Shown: positions 9,680 through 18,366 of the stretch, in pieces
Layout: the number at the start of each line of letters is the position of its first letter
How positions within the stretch are numbered: position 1 is the first letter of the stretch
Assembly: GCA_963843575.1 (NCBI GenBank)
Contig: CAWJKZ010000010.1
Coordinates: forward strand, 64,001-128,000
Reading direction: 5' to 3'
Origin: an uncultured Acidobacteriota bacterium
Lineage (GTDB): Bacteria > Acidobacteriota > UBA6911
Length of the DNA stretch: 64,000 bases
Notes under the pieces: generated by a model
Seen by the model: the letters and a program-made list of their open reading frames with translations, nothing else
Told to the model about the DNA's origin: nothing
Databases searched by the model: none
Made by a program: the position numbers and the translations under genes

Positions 9680-12289
9680 ATGAGACTGCGAATTCCCTGC
9701 GCTATCCTGCTGACCGTCCTGATGTCCGTCTCGTCACGGGCGGACAATCGAAACGTCTACCCCATCCCGGAAGAGCGCGGCACGGCCGGAACGCTCGCAG
9801 CCCTGCAGGCGCTTCCGGTGCACGCCCGAGTGCTTTACATCATCGCTCACCCGGACGACGAGGGCGCCGGCACCCTGACGTGGCTGGCGCGAAAGGCGCA
9901 CGTCCAGACGGCGCTGTTCTGCCTGACACGTGGCGACGGGGGGCAGAATGTCCTGGGCACCGAGAAGTACGAGGCCATGGGACTGGTGCGCACCGGGGAG
10001 TTGCTGGAAGCCTGCAGGCTCTACGGCGTGGAACCGTATTTCTCGACCGTCTTCGAGTTCGGCTTCTCGAAGAGCGCGCAGGAAACGCTGGAGAAGTGGG
10101 GGCACGAGGCCACTCTCGAGGAGGTGGTCCGGTTCATCCGGCGGTGGCGCCCTCATGTCGTCATCTCCCGATTCGCCGGGGCCGGAGGCGACGGACACGG
10201 CCACCACCAGGCGGCTGGAATCCTGTCCGTCGAGGCCTATCGTGCGGCAGGCGACCCCAAACGTTTTCCTCAGCACATCGCCGCGGGTCTTCCAGCCTGG
10301 CAGCCGCGGAAGCTCTACGAGAGCGCCAGGGGTGGCGGCGGACTGCGCATTCCCGTGGGCGACTACGACCCCGTGCTGGGCCGGTCCTATCGCCAGATCG
10401 GAGCCGAGGGTTACAGCAAGCACCGTTCCCAGGGCAACGGCGCCGGGTTTGCCCTTCCCGTCCAGTCCTACGAGGGGCTGAGGCTTGTTGAATCGGTGCC
10501 CCCGGGCGGGAACGAGGCACAGCTGTTCGACGCCGTGGACACCTCCCTGTCGTCCATCCTGGAAATCGGTGCCGAGCACCGGCGGGCCCTGGTTTCCCTC
10601 GAGCCCGACATCCGGGAAGCGCAGGAAGCGGCTGACGAGGCATGGCGCTTGTTCGATCCGCAGCACCCGGAAAAGAGCGCCCCGGCGGCCGCCCGGGGGA
10701 TCGTCAGCCTCGCGCAGGCCCTCAACCGGCTCGAGCAGGCCCCTCTGCCCAAGGACGCCCGCAATGTCGTGGCCGACGCTCTGCGCCGCAAACTGCACGA
10801 CTTCCGCGAAGCCGTGAACGCCACCCTCGGGATTTACCTCGTGGCGGCGGCAGAGGAAGCTACGGCGTTCCCCGGAGAGACGGTGGCCGTAAACGCGACG
10901 CTGTTCGACAGGGGAACCGCACCGGTGCCGCTGAAGCGACTGCGCATCGTGGCACCGAACGGGTGGACCGCGCCTACCGAACAGCATGCGCCTTCGACGG
11001 TGGAGGCGGCTGGGAGCGTGCAGCGGCGCTTCCCGGTCGAAATCCCTCCGGATGCGAAGCCCACGGAACCGTTCTGGTATCGCGAGAACCGAAACGAGAC
11101 GCGCTATCACGTGCGGCCGACCCCGGATGTGTTCGCCCCGTTCGATCCCCCGGTGCTCACCGCGACGGCGGTCTACGAGTTCCGCGGGGCGGAAGTCGAG
11201 ATCGCGGTCCCAGTCCGCGCCCAAGCCAGCGACCCGATCCGCGGAGCCGATTTTGTGGATTTCCAGGTCGTTCCCCTGCTCTCGGTAGCCTTCAGGCCTG
11301 AAATCGCCATCGTGCCGTCCTCGCCCGCCACCGGGACGCGCGAAGTCCAGGTATCGATCCTCGGCAATGCCGCCGCCGGGGTGATGGGCAACGCGCGGCT
11401 CGAGGTCCCGAAGGGTTGGAGCGTCGAACCCCGGTCGGCGCCGTTTAAGACCTCGAGGAAAGGCGAGTCGATCACCCTGAGGTTCAACGTGCGCGTCCCG
11501 GCGGCAACCAGCCCCGGCAATTACCCAGTATCCGCGGTCGCCACCGCCCGGGGGCAGGAGTTCCGGCGTGGCTACCGCGTGATTTCCTACCCCGAAAACT
11601 GGACGCGGCACCTCTATACGCCCGCGGCCGGCTCCGTCGAGATCTTCGACCTGAAGGTGGCGCCGCGGCTGACGGTGGGGTACGTCGCGGGAGCAGGGGA
11701 CGAAGTGGCGCAGGCGCTCTCCCAGATGGTCCGTGTCCAGGTGCTCTCCGCAGATGACCTTGCCTACGGCGATCTGAGCCGGTTCTCGGCCGTCGTTGTC
11801 GGGATTCGCGCCTACAACGTCAACGAGGACCTCCAGACCCACTACCAGCGGCTGCTGAGGTATGTCGAACAGGGGGGCACCCTGATCGTACAATATAACA
11901 CCCCCCGCGGCGCCTCATCGCCCTTCCCCTACGGGCCCTACCCCATGACCATGTCGGCCGCCGACCGCATAACCGTCGAGGACTCGCCGGTCAGGATCCT
12001 CGAGCACCAAAATCCCATTTTCAACGTCCCGAACAAAATCACCGACGCCGACTTCCAGGGGTGGGTGCAAGAGCGGGGCCTGTATTTCATGAGCCAGTGG
12101 GACCCGAGGTACACGCCATTGCTGTCGGGTAACGACCCGGGTGAGACACCGAAAAATGGTGGCACTCTGTTTGCGCGCTACGGCAAGGGGTGTTACATCT
12201 ACACGGCGTACGCCTGGTTTCGCGAGCTTCCCGCGGGCGTTCCGGGAGCGTTCCGGCTTTTCGCGAACATCCTGAGCTTCGGCCGGTAG
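9680..12289 (+). CDS. large secreted PIG-L/LmbE-family deacetylase with Ig-like (NEW3-type) domains and a C-terminal GATase-like domain
   Basis: Signal peptide, AHPDDE, LTRGDGGQN, GHGHHQ, SKHRSQG, and C-terminal GWVQERGLYF and FRELPAGVPGAFRLFAN. Confidence 0.9.
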   Translation: MRLRIPCAILLTVLMSVSSRADNRNVYPIPEERGTAGTLAALQALPVHARVLYIIAHPDDEGAGTLTWLARKAHVQTALFCLTRGDGGQNVLGTEKYEAMGLVRTGELLEACRLYGVEPYFSTVFEFGFSKSAQETLEKWGHEATLEEVVRFIRRWRPHVVISRFAGAGGDGHGHHQAAGILSVEAYRAAGDPKRFPQHIAAGLPAWQPRKLYESARGGGGLRIPVGDYDPVLGRSYRQIGAEGYSKHRSQGNGAGFALPVQSYEGLRLVESVPPGGNEAQLFDAVDTSLSSILEIGAEHRRALVSLEPDIREAQEAADEAWRLFDPQHPEKSAPAAARGIVSLAQALNRLEQAPLPKDARNVVADALRRKLHDFREAVNATLGIYLVAAAEEATAFPGETVAVNATLFDRGTAPVPLKRLRIVAPNGWTAPTEQHAPSTVEAAGSVQRRFPVEIPPDAKPTEPFWYRENRNETRYHVRPTPDVFAPFDPPVLTATAVYEFRGAEVEIAVPVRAQASDPIRGADFVDFQVVPLLSVAFRPEIAIVPSSPATGTREVQVSILGNAAAGVMGNARLEVPKGWSVEPRSAPFKTSRKGESITLRFNVRVPAATSPGNYPVSAVATARGQEFRRGYRVISYPENWTRHLYTPAAGSVEIFDLKVAPRLTVGYVAGAGDEVAQALSQMVRVQVLSADDLAYGDLSRFSAVVVGIRAYNVNEDLQTHYQRLLRYVEQGGTLIVQYNTPRGASSPFPYGPYPMTMSAADRITVEDSPVRILEHQNPIFNVPNKITDADFQGWVQERGLYFMSQWDPRYTPLLSGNDPGETPKNGGTLFARYGKGCYIYTAYAWFRELPAGVPGAFRLFANILSFGR

Positions 12290-12333
12290 GAGGAGTCCAG
12301 CGGTCGATACCGGGGTAGGCGGGATCGCAGTTC

Positions 12334-12360
12334 GGTGCGGCGCCGAGGCGCCGCACCCCA
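12334..12360 (+). repeat. REP-like palindrome between convergent genes; possible bidirectional terminator
   Basis: Perfect hairpin GGTGCGGCGCC-GA-GGCGCCGCACC. Confidence 0.75.
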
Positions 12361-12365
12361 TAGGG

Positions 12366-14051
12366 TCAGGCTTTGGCGCGGGCGACAAGGCTGATGAGGC
12401 TTCCTGCGGCCAGCACCACGGCCGAGCCGACGACGTTGTAGTACAACCACGAGATGCTGGAATAGTAGGCCACCGCGAGCACGGCCGCTTCGCCGATGAG
12501 CAAACCCCAGAAGGCGCCTGAGGCGCTGGAGCGCCGCACCAGGAAAGCCAGCAGAAACACCCCGAGGATCGGGCCGTAGAAGTACGAACCCACCTTGTTG
12601 ACTGCCTCGATCAGCGATCCCAGGCGCCCGGCGAAAACCGCGGCGGTCGTCGCGAACAGCCCCCAGAATACGGTCGCGACGCGCGACGCCCGCAGATAGT
12701 GACGATCACTCCCTTGCCGGCGGAAGTAGCGCTGGTAAAAATCGATGATGGTGGCGCTGGCCAGCGAGTTTATCTCCGACGAAAACGTGGACATGGCGGC
12801 TGCAAAGATCACCGCCATCATCAGCCCAAGCACGCCGGCCGGCGCGTATTTGAGCAGAAAGGACGGGAAAATGTAGTTGACCTCGGCGGAGGGCTCCTGC
12901 CCGAGCGCGCGGCCGAGCAGCGCCCGGTTCTCGGCGCGCACCTGGTTGAAGGCAGCGTTCGACACGGCATAACGCCGTTCCGCCGCCAGCACCCCGACGC
13001 GGTCCCCCGTTTCCCGTGCGCGCGCGAGCTCCAGCGCAGCGGCGCGCCGCTCCTCGAACACCCCGTCGTGGCGCGCTTCCAGGGCGGCATACTCGGCGCC
13101 CACCCGGCTGGTCAGCAGGTGTCGATAGGACTCGTTGAAGTTCAGGGGCGGTTTCTCGAAGTGGTAGAACACGAACATGAGCACCCCGATCGCGAGGATC
13201 AGGAATTGCATCGGGACCTTCAGGAAGGCATTGAAGATCAGGCTGAGACGGCTCTCGGTCAGCGACCTGCCGGTTAGGTAGCGTTGTACCTGGCTCTGAT
13301 CGCACCCGAAATACGAAAGGGCCAGAAAAAATCCCCCCAACATGCCGGAGAGCAAAGTGTAAGAATTGCTCAGATCCGTCGAGAGATCGATGTTGTTCCA
13401 CTTCCCCGTGGCTCCGGCCAGGTGGACGGCAGAGGAAAAACCGAATCCGGACGGAAAGCCGGAGACGATAACGGCGATCGCGACGAAGATCCCCGCAAAC
13501 ATGAGGATCATCTGCTTGGCGTCGATCATGATGACGGCCTTGTTTCCGCCGATCGCCGTGTAGACGATCGTCGTCAGCCCCATCACGAGGATGGTGGAGA
13601 CCTCGCTCCAGCCGAAGATGACACCCAGCACGATGGCCGGGGCGTACAGGACGATGCTCACCGCGAGCCCGCGCGACATGAGGAAAAGAAAACTGGTCAG
13701 GCTGCGGGTGCGCGCGTCGAAGCGCCTTTCCAGGAACTCGTAAGCAGTGAATACGTTGGCACGATAGAAGAACGGCACGAAGGTCGCGCAGAGCACCACC
13801 ATGACCAGAGGCTGCGGCAAGTAGACCTGGATGAAGGACATGCCCGAGCCATAGGCTTGCCCAGTGGTCCCGATATAGGTGATGGCGCTCGCCTGGGTGG
13901 CCATTACCGAGAGGCCGACGGTCCACCAGCGCAGGGAGCGCTGGCCGCGAAAATAGTCGTTCAGGTTGACATTCTGACGGCCGTGGCGAATCCCTTCCCA
14001 TGTCACGTATATGAAATACGCGGCAAGTACGGCCCAGTCGACGAGGCGCAT
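12366..14051 (-). CDS. sodium:solute symporter (SSS family)
   Basis: SVMATQASAIT, AYEFLERRFD, GCDQSQVQRYL, AAAMSTFSSEINSLA; many TM helices. Confidence 0.94.
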   Translation of the reverse strand: MRLVDWAVLAAYFIYVTWEGIRHGRQNVNLNDYFRGQRSLRWWTVGLSVMATQASAITYIGTTGQAYGSGMSFIQVYLPQPLVMVVLCATFVPFFYRANVFTAYEFLERRFDARTRSLTSFLFLMSRGLAVSIVLYAPAIVLGVIFGWSEVSTILVMGLTTIVYTAIGGNKAVIMIDAKQMILMFAGIFVAIAVIVSGFPSGFGFSSAVHLAGATGKWNNIDLSTDLSNSYTLLSGMLGGFFLALSYFGCDQSQVQRYLTGRSLTESRLSLIFNAFLKVPMQFLILAIGVLMFVFYHFEKPPLNFNESYRHLLTSRVGAEYAALEARHDGVFEERRAAALELARARETGDRVGVLAAERRYAVSNAAFNQVRAENRALLGRALGQEPSAEVNYIFPSFLLKYAPAGVLGLMMAVIFAAAMSTFSSEINSLASATIIDFYQRYFRRQGSDRHYLRASRVATVFWGLFATTAAVFAGRLGSLIEAVNKVGSYFYGPILGVFLLAFLVRRSSASGAFWGLLIGEAAVLAVAYYSSISWLYYNVVGSAVVLAAGSLISLVARAKA

Positions 14052-14058
14052 CGAGTCC

Positions 14059-14178
14059 CTAGCGGTTGAGGGCGACGGTCATCCAGTACAGCAGCAGCAC
14101 GAGAACGCAGGTGTACATCACGACGACGACATAGATCCGCCGCCAGCTTTTCAGGAACGGAGGCTTTTCGTCGTCCAT
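14059..14178 (-). CDS. 39-aa single-TM protein immediately upstream of the SSS gene
   Basis: MDDEKPPFLKSWRRIYVVVVMYTCVLVLLLYWMTVALNR*. It ends 7 nt before the SSS start and is below the ORF-track cutoff. Confidence 0.8.
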   Translation of the reverse strand: MDDEKPPFLKSWRRIYVVVVMYTCVLVLLLYWMTVALNR

Positions 14179-14303
14179 GGCCAGTTCTCGAATGTGCTTT
14201 TGAATGATAGCCTTTCCGGCAGCGCGATGCGAGCTTCGAGATTCTCCGCCTCGCGGGACTCGAAGGATTTCGCAGAGCGGCCGGCTTTCCTGCTGGGGGA
14301 GGG

Positions 14304-14555
14304 ATGGTGCACGAACTGGTGCCGGTGGTCAGGACTTCGGACCTGACGGAGCTTGTGGTGCTCAAATCACTGCTGGAGGCTGCGGGCATTCCATTCTCGG
14401 TACAGGGAGAGGAAGGACTGCGGCTGTTTCCGGCGGGTGGCGGCTTTTTTGCGGCGAACGCGCATGCTGCGGTGGTGCGCGTACGGAGCGAGGATCTGGA
14501 GGCAGTCCGGAAGCTGCTGGATGCCGCTGATGGCGGCATCCGGGAAGAAGACTGA
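14304..14555 (+). CDS. DUF2007-like putative signal-transducing protein
   Basis: VLKSLLEAAGIPFSVQGE...VRVRSEDLEAVRKLL; GGGGAGG RBS. Confidence 0.8.
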   Translation: MVHELVPVVRTSDLTELVVLKSLLEAAGIPFSVQGEEGLRLFPAGGGFFAANAHAAVVRVRSEDLEAVRKLLDAADGGIREED

Positions 14556-14563
14556 GTTCGCTT

Positions 14564-15601
14564 TTACGGGCGCTGCAGTTCCATCAGGACCTTTATGGCG
14601 TTGTCGCGCTTCTGGCTGACGAGGTCGAAAGCTTCGTTCGCCCGTGCCGGCTCGAAGCGGTGCGTGAGCAAAACGGGGGCGGCGTCCCTCCTGCGTTCGA
14701 GCAAGGCGAGCGCCCGGTGCGTGGCGTTGTTTTGCCGCCGCACGTGCACGACCGACGCCTCACGGCGACGCAGCAGGTGCGGATCGTGGCTGATGCGGTC
14801 GACTTCGGGAATCCCGATCTGGGCGAGCACGCCTCCGGGACCAAGCATACGCGCCGCGTCGTCGATGGACTCCTGGGTGCCGGCGCATTCGAACACCACA
14901 TCGGCCCCGGCTCCGTTCGTGGCGTCGATGACCCACCGGGCCGCCCCGCCCTCGCCCGGATCACAAGTGGCGTCCGCGCCGAGGGTTTCGGCTGCACGGC
15001 GGCGGGCGTCAACGGGCTCCGACACGAGCACCTGCGCCGGCCGCAGATCGCCGAGGGCGAGAAGCACGACCAGCCCGATCGGGCCGGCCCCGACGATTGC
15101 CACCCGGCAGCCGCTGCGGGCGCGCGACAGCGCGACCGCGTGCACACCGATCGAGAGCGGCTCCAACAGGACGGCTTCCTCCAGCCCCATCCACTCGGGG
15201 AGCTGAACGACGCACTCGGGGGGCAGAGCAACCTCGTCGCGCATGCAGCCGGCCAGTTCCTGGGGGTTGCCGAGGAACTTCAGGTTGCGACAGGTGTTCT
15301 CACGCCCCGCGCGGCACTGGTCGCACGAGTGGCAGACGACCGCAGGCTCGATATATACCCGCGCGCCATCCGGCACCTGCCCAGACCCGTCGCTCACCTC
15401 GCCGCTCCCTTCGTGCCCCAGGACGAACGGGTAATGAACCACCTGATCGCCGATGCGCCCCTCGGTGTAGTAGTGGACGTCCGACCCGCAGATCCCCGCG
15501 TACCGCATGCGCACCCGCACCCACCCGGCAGGGACAGGGGCAGGGGCCGCCATCTGCCCGTAGTCAAATCTCCGCAGACCCGTCAACATCAGTGCTCGCA
15601 T
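14564..15601 (-). CDS. Zn-dependent polyol dehydrogenase (sorbitol/L-iditol dehydrogenase-like)
   Basis: GICGSDVHYY, GHE, structural Zn site CHSCDQC...C, GAGPIG. GGGAGG RBS before MRALML. Confidence 0.9.
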   Translation of the reverse strand: MRALMLTGLRRFDYGQMAAPAPVPAGWVRVRMRYAGICGSDVHYYTEGRIGDQVVHYPFVLGHEGSGEVSDGSGQVPDGARVYIEPAVVCHSCDQCRAGRENTCRNLKFLGNPQELAGCMRDEVALPPECVVQLPEWMGLEEAVLLEPLSIGVHAVALSRARSGCRVAIVGAGPIGLVVLLALGDLRPAQVLVSEPVDARRRAAETLGADATCDPGEGGAARWVIDATNGAGADVVFECAGTQESIDDAARMLGPGGVLAQIGIPEVDRISHDPHLLRRREASVVHVRRQNNATHRALALLERRRDAAPVLLTHRFEPARANEAFDLVSQKRDNAIKVLMELQRP

Positions 15602-15792
15602 ATCTGTCGCCTCCCGCTTGACGAGCTTACCGCAAAGGCAAGACAAATCCTGCGAAAAATCACGGGCGAGCCGCAGGTGGGTCCAGGCCTTCAGCCCCGG
15701 ACCCAATCGCCAGATTTTCCTATCCGCGGAGGAGCGAATTGAGGTAAATGGAGTGGGTTCGCAAGGACATTCTTCGATGAGGCTCGCGCGCC

Positions 15793-17505
15793 ATGAGCGA
15801 GAAAAGCGTCGCCATACAACACCTGCACACCTATTTCATTTTCCCGTTCTCGATAGACAAGCACACGGTGTTGCAGAACCATCCCGAATTGTGGTCCAAC
15901 ACGCCGCACTGGATCGACGGCCTCGACAAATGGATTGCAGCGCATCCGCGCTCCTCTCTTATCGGGGAGCGAATCGGGCCGTGGCGTCGGTCCACCTACT
16001 CCCGATTCGACATGGATTCGCCGGCGTATCAGGACATGGCCTTCTTCCACCCGTTCGTGCGGCGTGTGTTCTTCGACACGGGGGACTCCTCGCGCTCCAG
16101 CGGAACGGAAGCCCTGTTGCGCTGCTACACGATCCCGCTGGACGGGAAAAAGAAGCTGTGGTTTCAGGCCCAGGACCTGAAGGGGCGCAGCGCCCAGGTC
16201 GAGGTCACCGACATCCGGATGTTCCTGTTCGCCAACGGCATCGGCATCCTGTCGCTCGGTGTCGAGGCGTGGGGGATACCCGCCGCGGAGGCGCTCTGGA
16301 TCAACGAGGCGTTCCGCAAAGTCTACGCGTCCTCGGGACGTCAGGTGCGGGAGGGGCGCGTCCCGAACCGGATGGCCCTCATCCTCGAAGAGGCCGACGG
16401 GACGAAGATCGTCGCCGAAGAGAGCTTCACCAAGGGGGAGATGGTCAGCTTCCTGCCCCCGCTCGCCAAGACGATCACGGCGCTGATCTATTTCGCCGAC
16501 TACGGCAAGCAGGAATTCGAGCCGATGCTGGACGAACGGATGCTCGTCTACAGCTACGCCGCCGTAGACCCGGCGTCCGTCGCGCCCGATTACATGACCT
16601 CCGAGGAATACCAGATCCTCCTGAGCCGCTTTCTCTACGTCGATACGGAGGGGCGATCGTACCGCTACGATCCGGAATTCATCCGCGAACAGATGAAACA
16701 ACAGCTGTACCGGCGCTGGGCACACCAAGGAACGTATTACGGATTCACGAGCTATAGCAACATCACCATCACGTTCGGCACCTTCGACTGCGACGAACAC
16801 GTCCTGCGCGAAGGCTTCCTCGTGCACCGGATGTTCAACACCCGTTATTACCTGATGGTGCTGGTGGCGATGTTCTACCGCGCCACCCTGCTGGACTTCG
16901 CGGAGCGCACCGCGCTTGTCTCAAAACGCCTGTTCCTCGACCAGGAGGACGGCAGACTCACGCCGGAGAACATCCGGCTGGCCCGTGACATCAGGGCCGA
17001 GTTCCTGCACTTCTCCAACTACTGGTATTTCGACGAACTCGCCAACAAGGACGAGGAGATCGAGCACTTCGCGCTGCAGTGCGCGCAATGCCGCATTGAA
17101 CCGGTCAAGCGGGAGATCGAGGAGGAGATCGAGAAGCTGAACTCGTCGCTGCACGACTACTCGGCGTTCCGAAACACCGAGGCGGTGAACCGGCTGGCCA
17201 TGCTGAGCCTGATCGTCGGCGCCGGCGCGGTTCTCACGGGGTTTTTCGGCATGAACTTCGGTCACCAGTTCGCCAAGACGTTTTTCGAACCGGAACCCGG
17301 TTCCCTGCTGATCCACTACGCCGCGGTGACCCTGGTGGCCGTCCTGGCCTTCGGCGCGCTCGCGTTCGGCTTTTACGTCGTCGCCGCGAACTGGGCGGAC
17401 TACCGGGACGTGCTGGTTCCCCGCCGGTGGAAGCCCCGCAAACGGGACGAATCGCTGAGTCTCAAGAACGCGCCGTGGTGGGCGGAAGGCGTGGACGAGG
17501 AGTGA
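15793..17505 (+). CDS. long CorA-like membrane protein (570 aa; large soluble N-terminal domain plus 2 TM with GMN motif)
   Basis: C-terminal LAMLSLIVGAGAVLTGFFGMNF followed by a second TM. About 250 aa longer than canonical CorA. Confidence 0.85.
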   Translation: MSEKSVAIQHLHTYFIFPFSIDKHTVLQNHPELWSNTPHWIDGLDKWIAAHPRSSLIGERIGPWRRSTYSRFDMDSPAYQDMAFFHPFVRRVFFDTGDSSRSSGTEALLRCYTIPLDGKKKLWFQAQDLKGRSAQVEVTDIRMFLFANGIGILSLGVEAWGIPAAEALWINEAFRKVYASSGRQVREGRVPNRMALILEEADGTKIVAEESFTKGEMVSFLPPLAKTITALIYFADYGKQEFEPMLDERMLVYSYAAVDPASVAPDYMTSEEYQILLSRFLYVDTEGRSYRYDPEFIREQMKQQLYRRWAHQGTYYGFTSYSNITITFGTFDCDEHVLREGFLVHRMFNTRYYLMVLVAMFYRATLLDFAERTALVSKRLFLDQEDGRLTPENIRLARDIRAEFLHFSNYWYFDELANKDEEIEHFALQCAQCRIEPVKREIEEEIEKLNSSLHDYSAFRNTEAVNRLAMLSLIVGAGAVLTGFFGMNFGHQFAKTFFEPEPGSLLIHYAAVTLVAVLAFGALAFGFYVVAANWADYRDVLVPRRWKPRKRDESLSLKNAPWWAEGVDEE

Positions 17506-17561
17506 CGCATCATTTCGCCGGCGCCAATGCGCCGGGTGTTTCGGCTTATGCCGCAAATCGT

Positions 17562-17631
17562 AAGCGGCGCCGAGGCGCCGCACTCCAAATGACCGGTCCT
17601 TTGTGGAGTTGTGGAGTGCGGCGGCTCGACG
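17562..17631. repeat. inverted pair of REP-like palindromes (REPIN-like)
   Basis: AAGCGGCGCCGAGGCGCCGCACTCCAAA (17562-17589) and TGGAGTGCGGCGGCTCGACG (17612-17631), between convergent genes. Confidence 0.8.
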
Positions 17632-17663
17632 TACGAGGGACGCCGAGGGGGCGGGCGCCGGGG

Positions 17664-18366
17664 TCACGATTGTTTTTTTTGCCCGTAATAGGCGGCCGGG
17701 CCGTGTTTGCGCAGGAAGTGCCTGTCCTGCAACGCCCGGGAGATCGGGCCGGCCGAAGGATCCAGCAAGCGTCGTGTACAGCGCGATGCGCGCGATCTCC
17801 TCTAGGAGCGACGCCGTGTGTGCGGCGTCGCGCGCGGAGGCGCCCCAGCAGAAGGGACCGTGTCCCGCCACCAGCACTGCCGGCACCCGTGCGGGGTCCA
17901 ATTCGGCAAACCGCCGGGCGATCACCACGCCGGTGTTGACCTCGTAGTCGCCCTGGATTTCCCCCGGCAGCATCGGCATTGTGACGGGCACCGACCCGTG
18001 AAAGTAGTCGGCGTGAGTTGTGCCAAAGCAGGGGAGATCGCGGCCAGCCTGCGCCCAGGCGGTGGCATAGGTGGAGTGCGTGTGGACGATCCCGCCGATG
18101 GATGGGAAAGACCGATACAGGACGAGGTGTGTCGGCAGGTCCGAGGAGGGCCTCAGCCCTCCTTCGACCCTGTTCCCCTCCAGGTCCGTGACGACCATGT
18201 CGGCGGCCGCGAGCGAGTCGTACGCCACCCCGCTGGGTTTGATGACGACAAGGCCATCCTGGCGCGAGATCCCGCTCGCGTTGCCGAAGGTGTGGATCAC
18301 GAGGCCCCGGCGGACCAATTCCAGGTTCGTTTCGAGCACTTCCAGCTTCAGGTCTTCTAGGGTCAT
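17664..18366 (-). CDS. araD: L-ribulose-5-phosphate 4-epimerase, +1 frameshift near 17768
   Basis: TFGNAS, IKPSGV, RPSSDLPTH, HTHS, GTTHADYF, GHGPF. The C-terminus DRHFLRKHGPAAYYGQ is in another frame; span 703 nt (3n+1). Confidence 0.92.

Noticed and set aside
9734-11893. Long antisense ORFs (also 32984-35029, 38445-40754, 5425-6888)
   Set aside because: Shadow ORFs of GC-rich genes, with no recognisable motifs.
15679-15704. GGGTCCAGGCCTTCAGCCCCGGACCC hairpin upstream of the CorA-like gene as a riboswitch
   Set aside because: A single imperfect hairpin with no recognisable M-box or other aptamer features.
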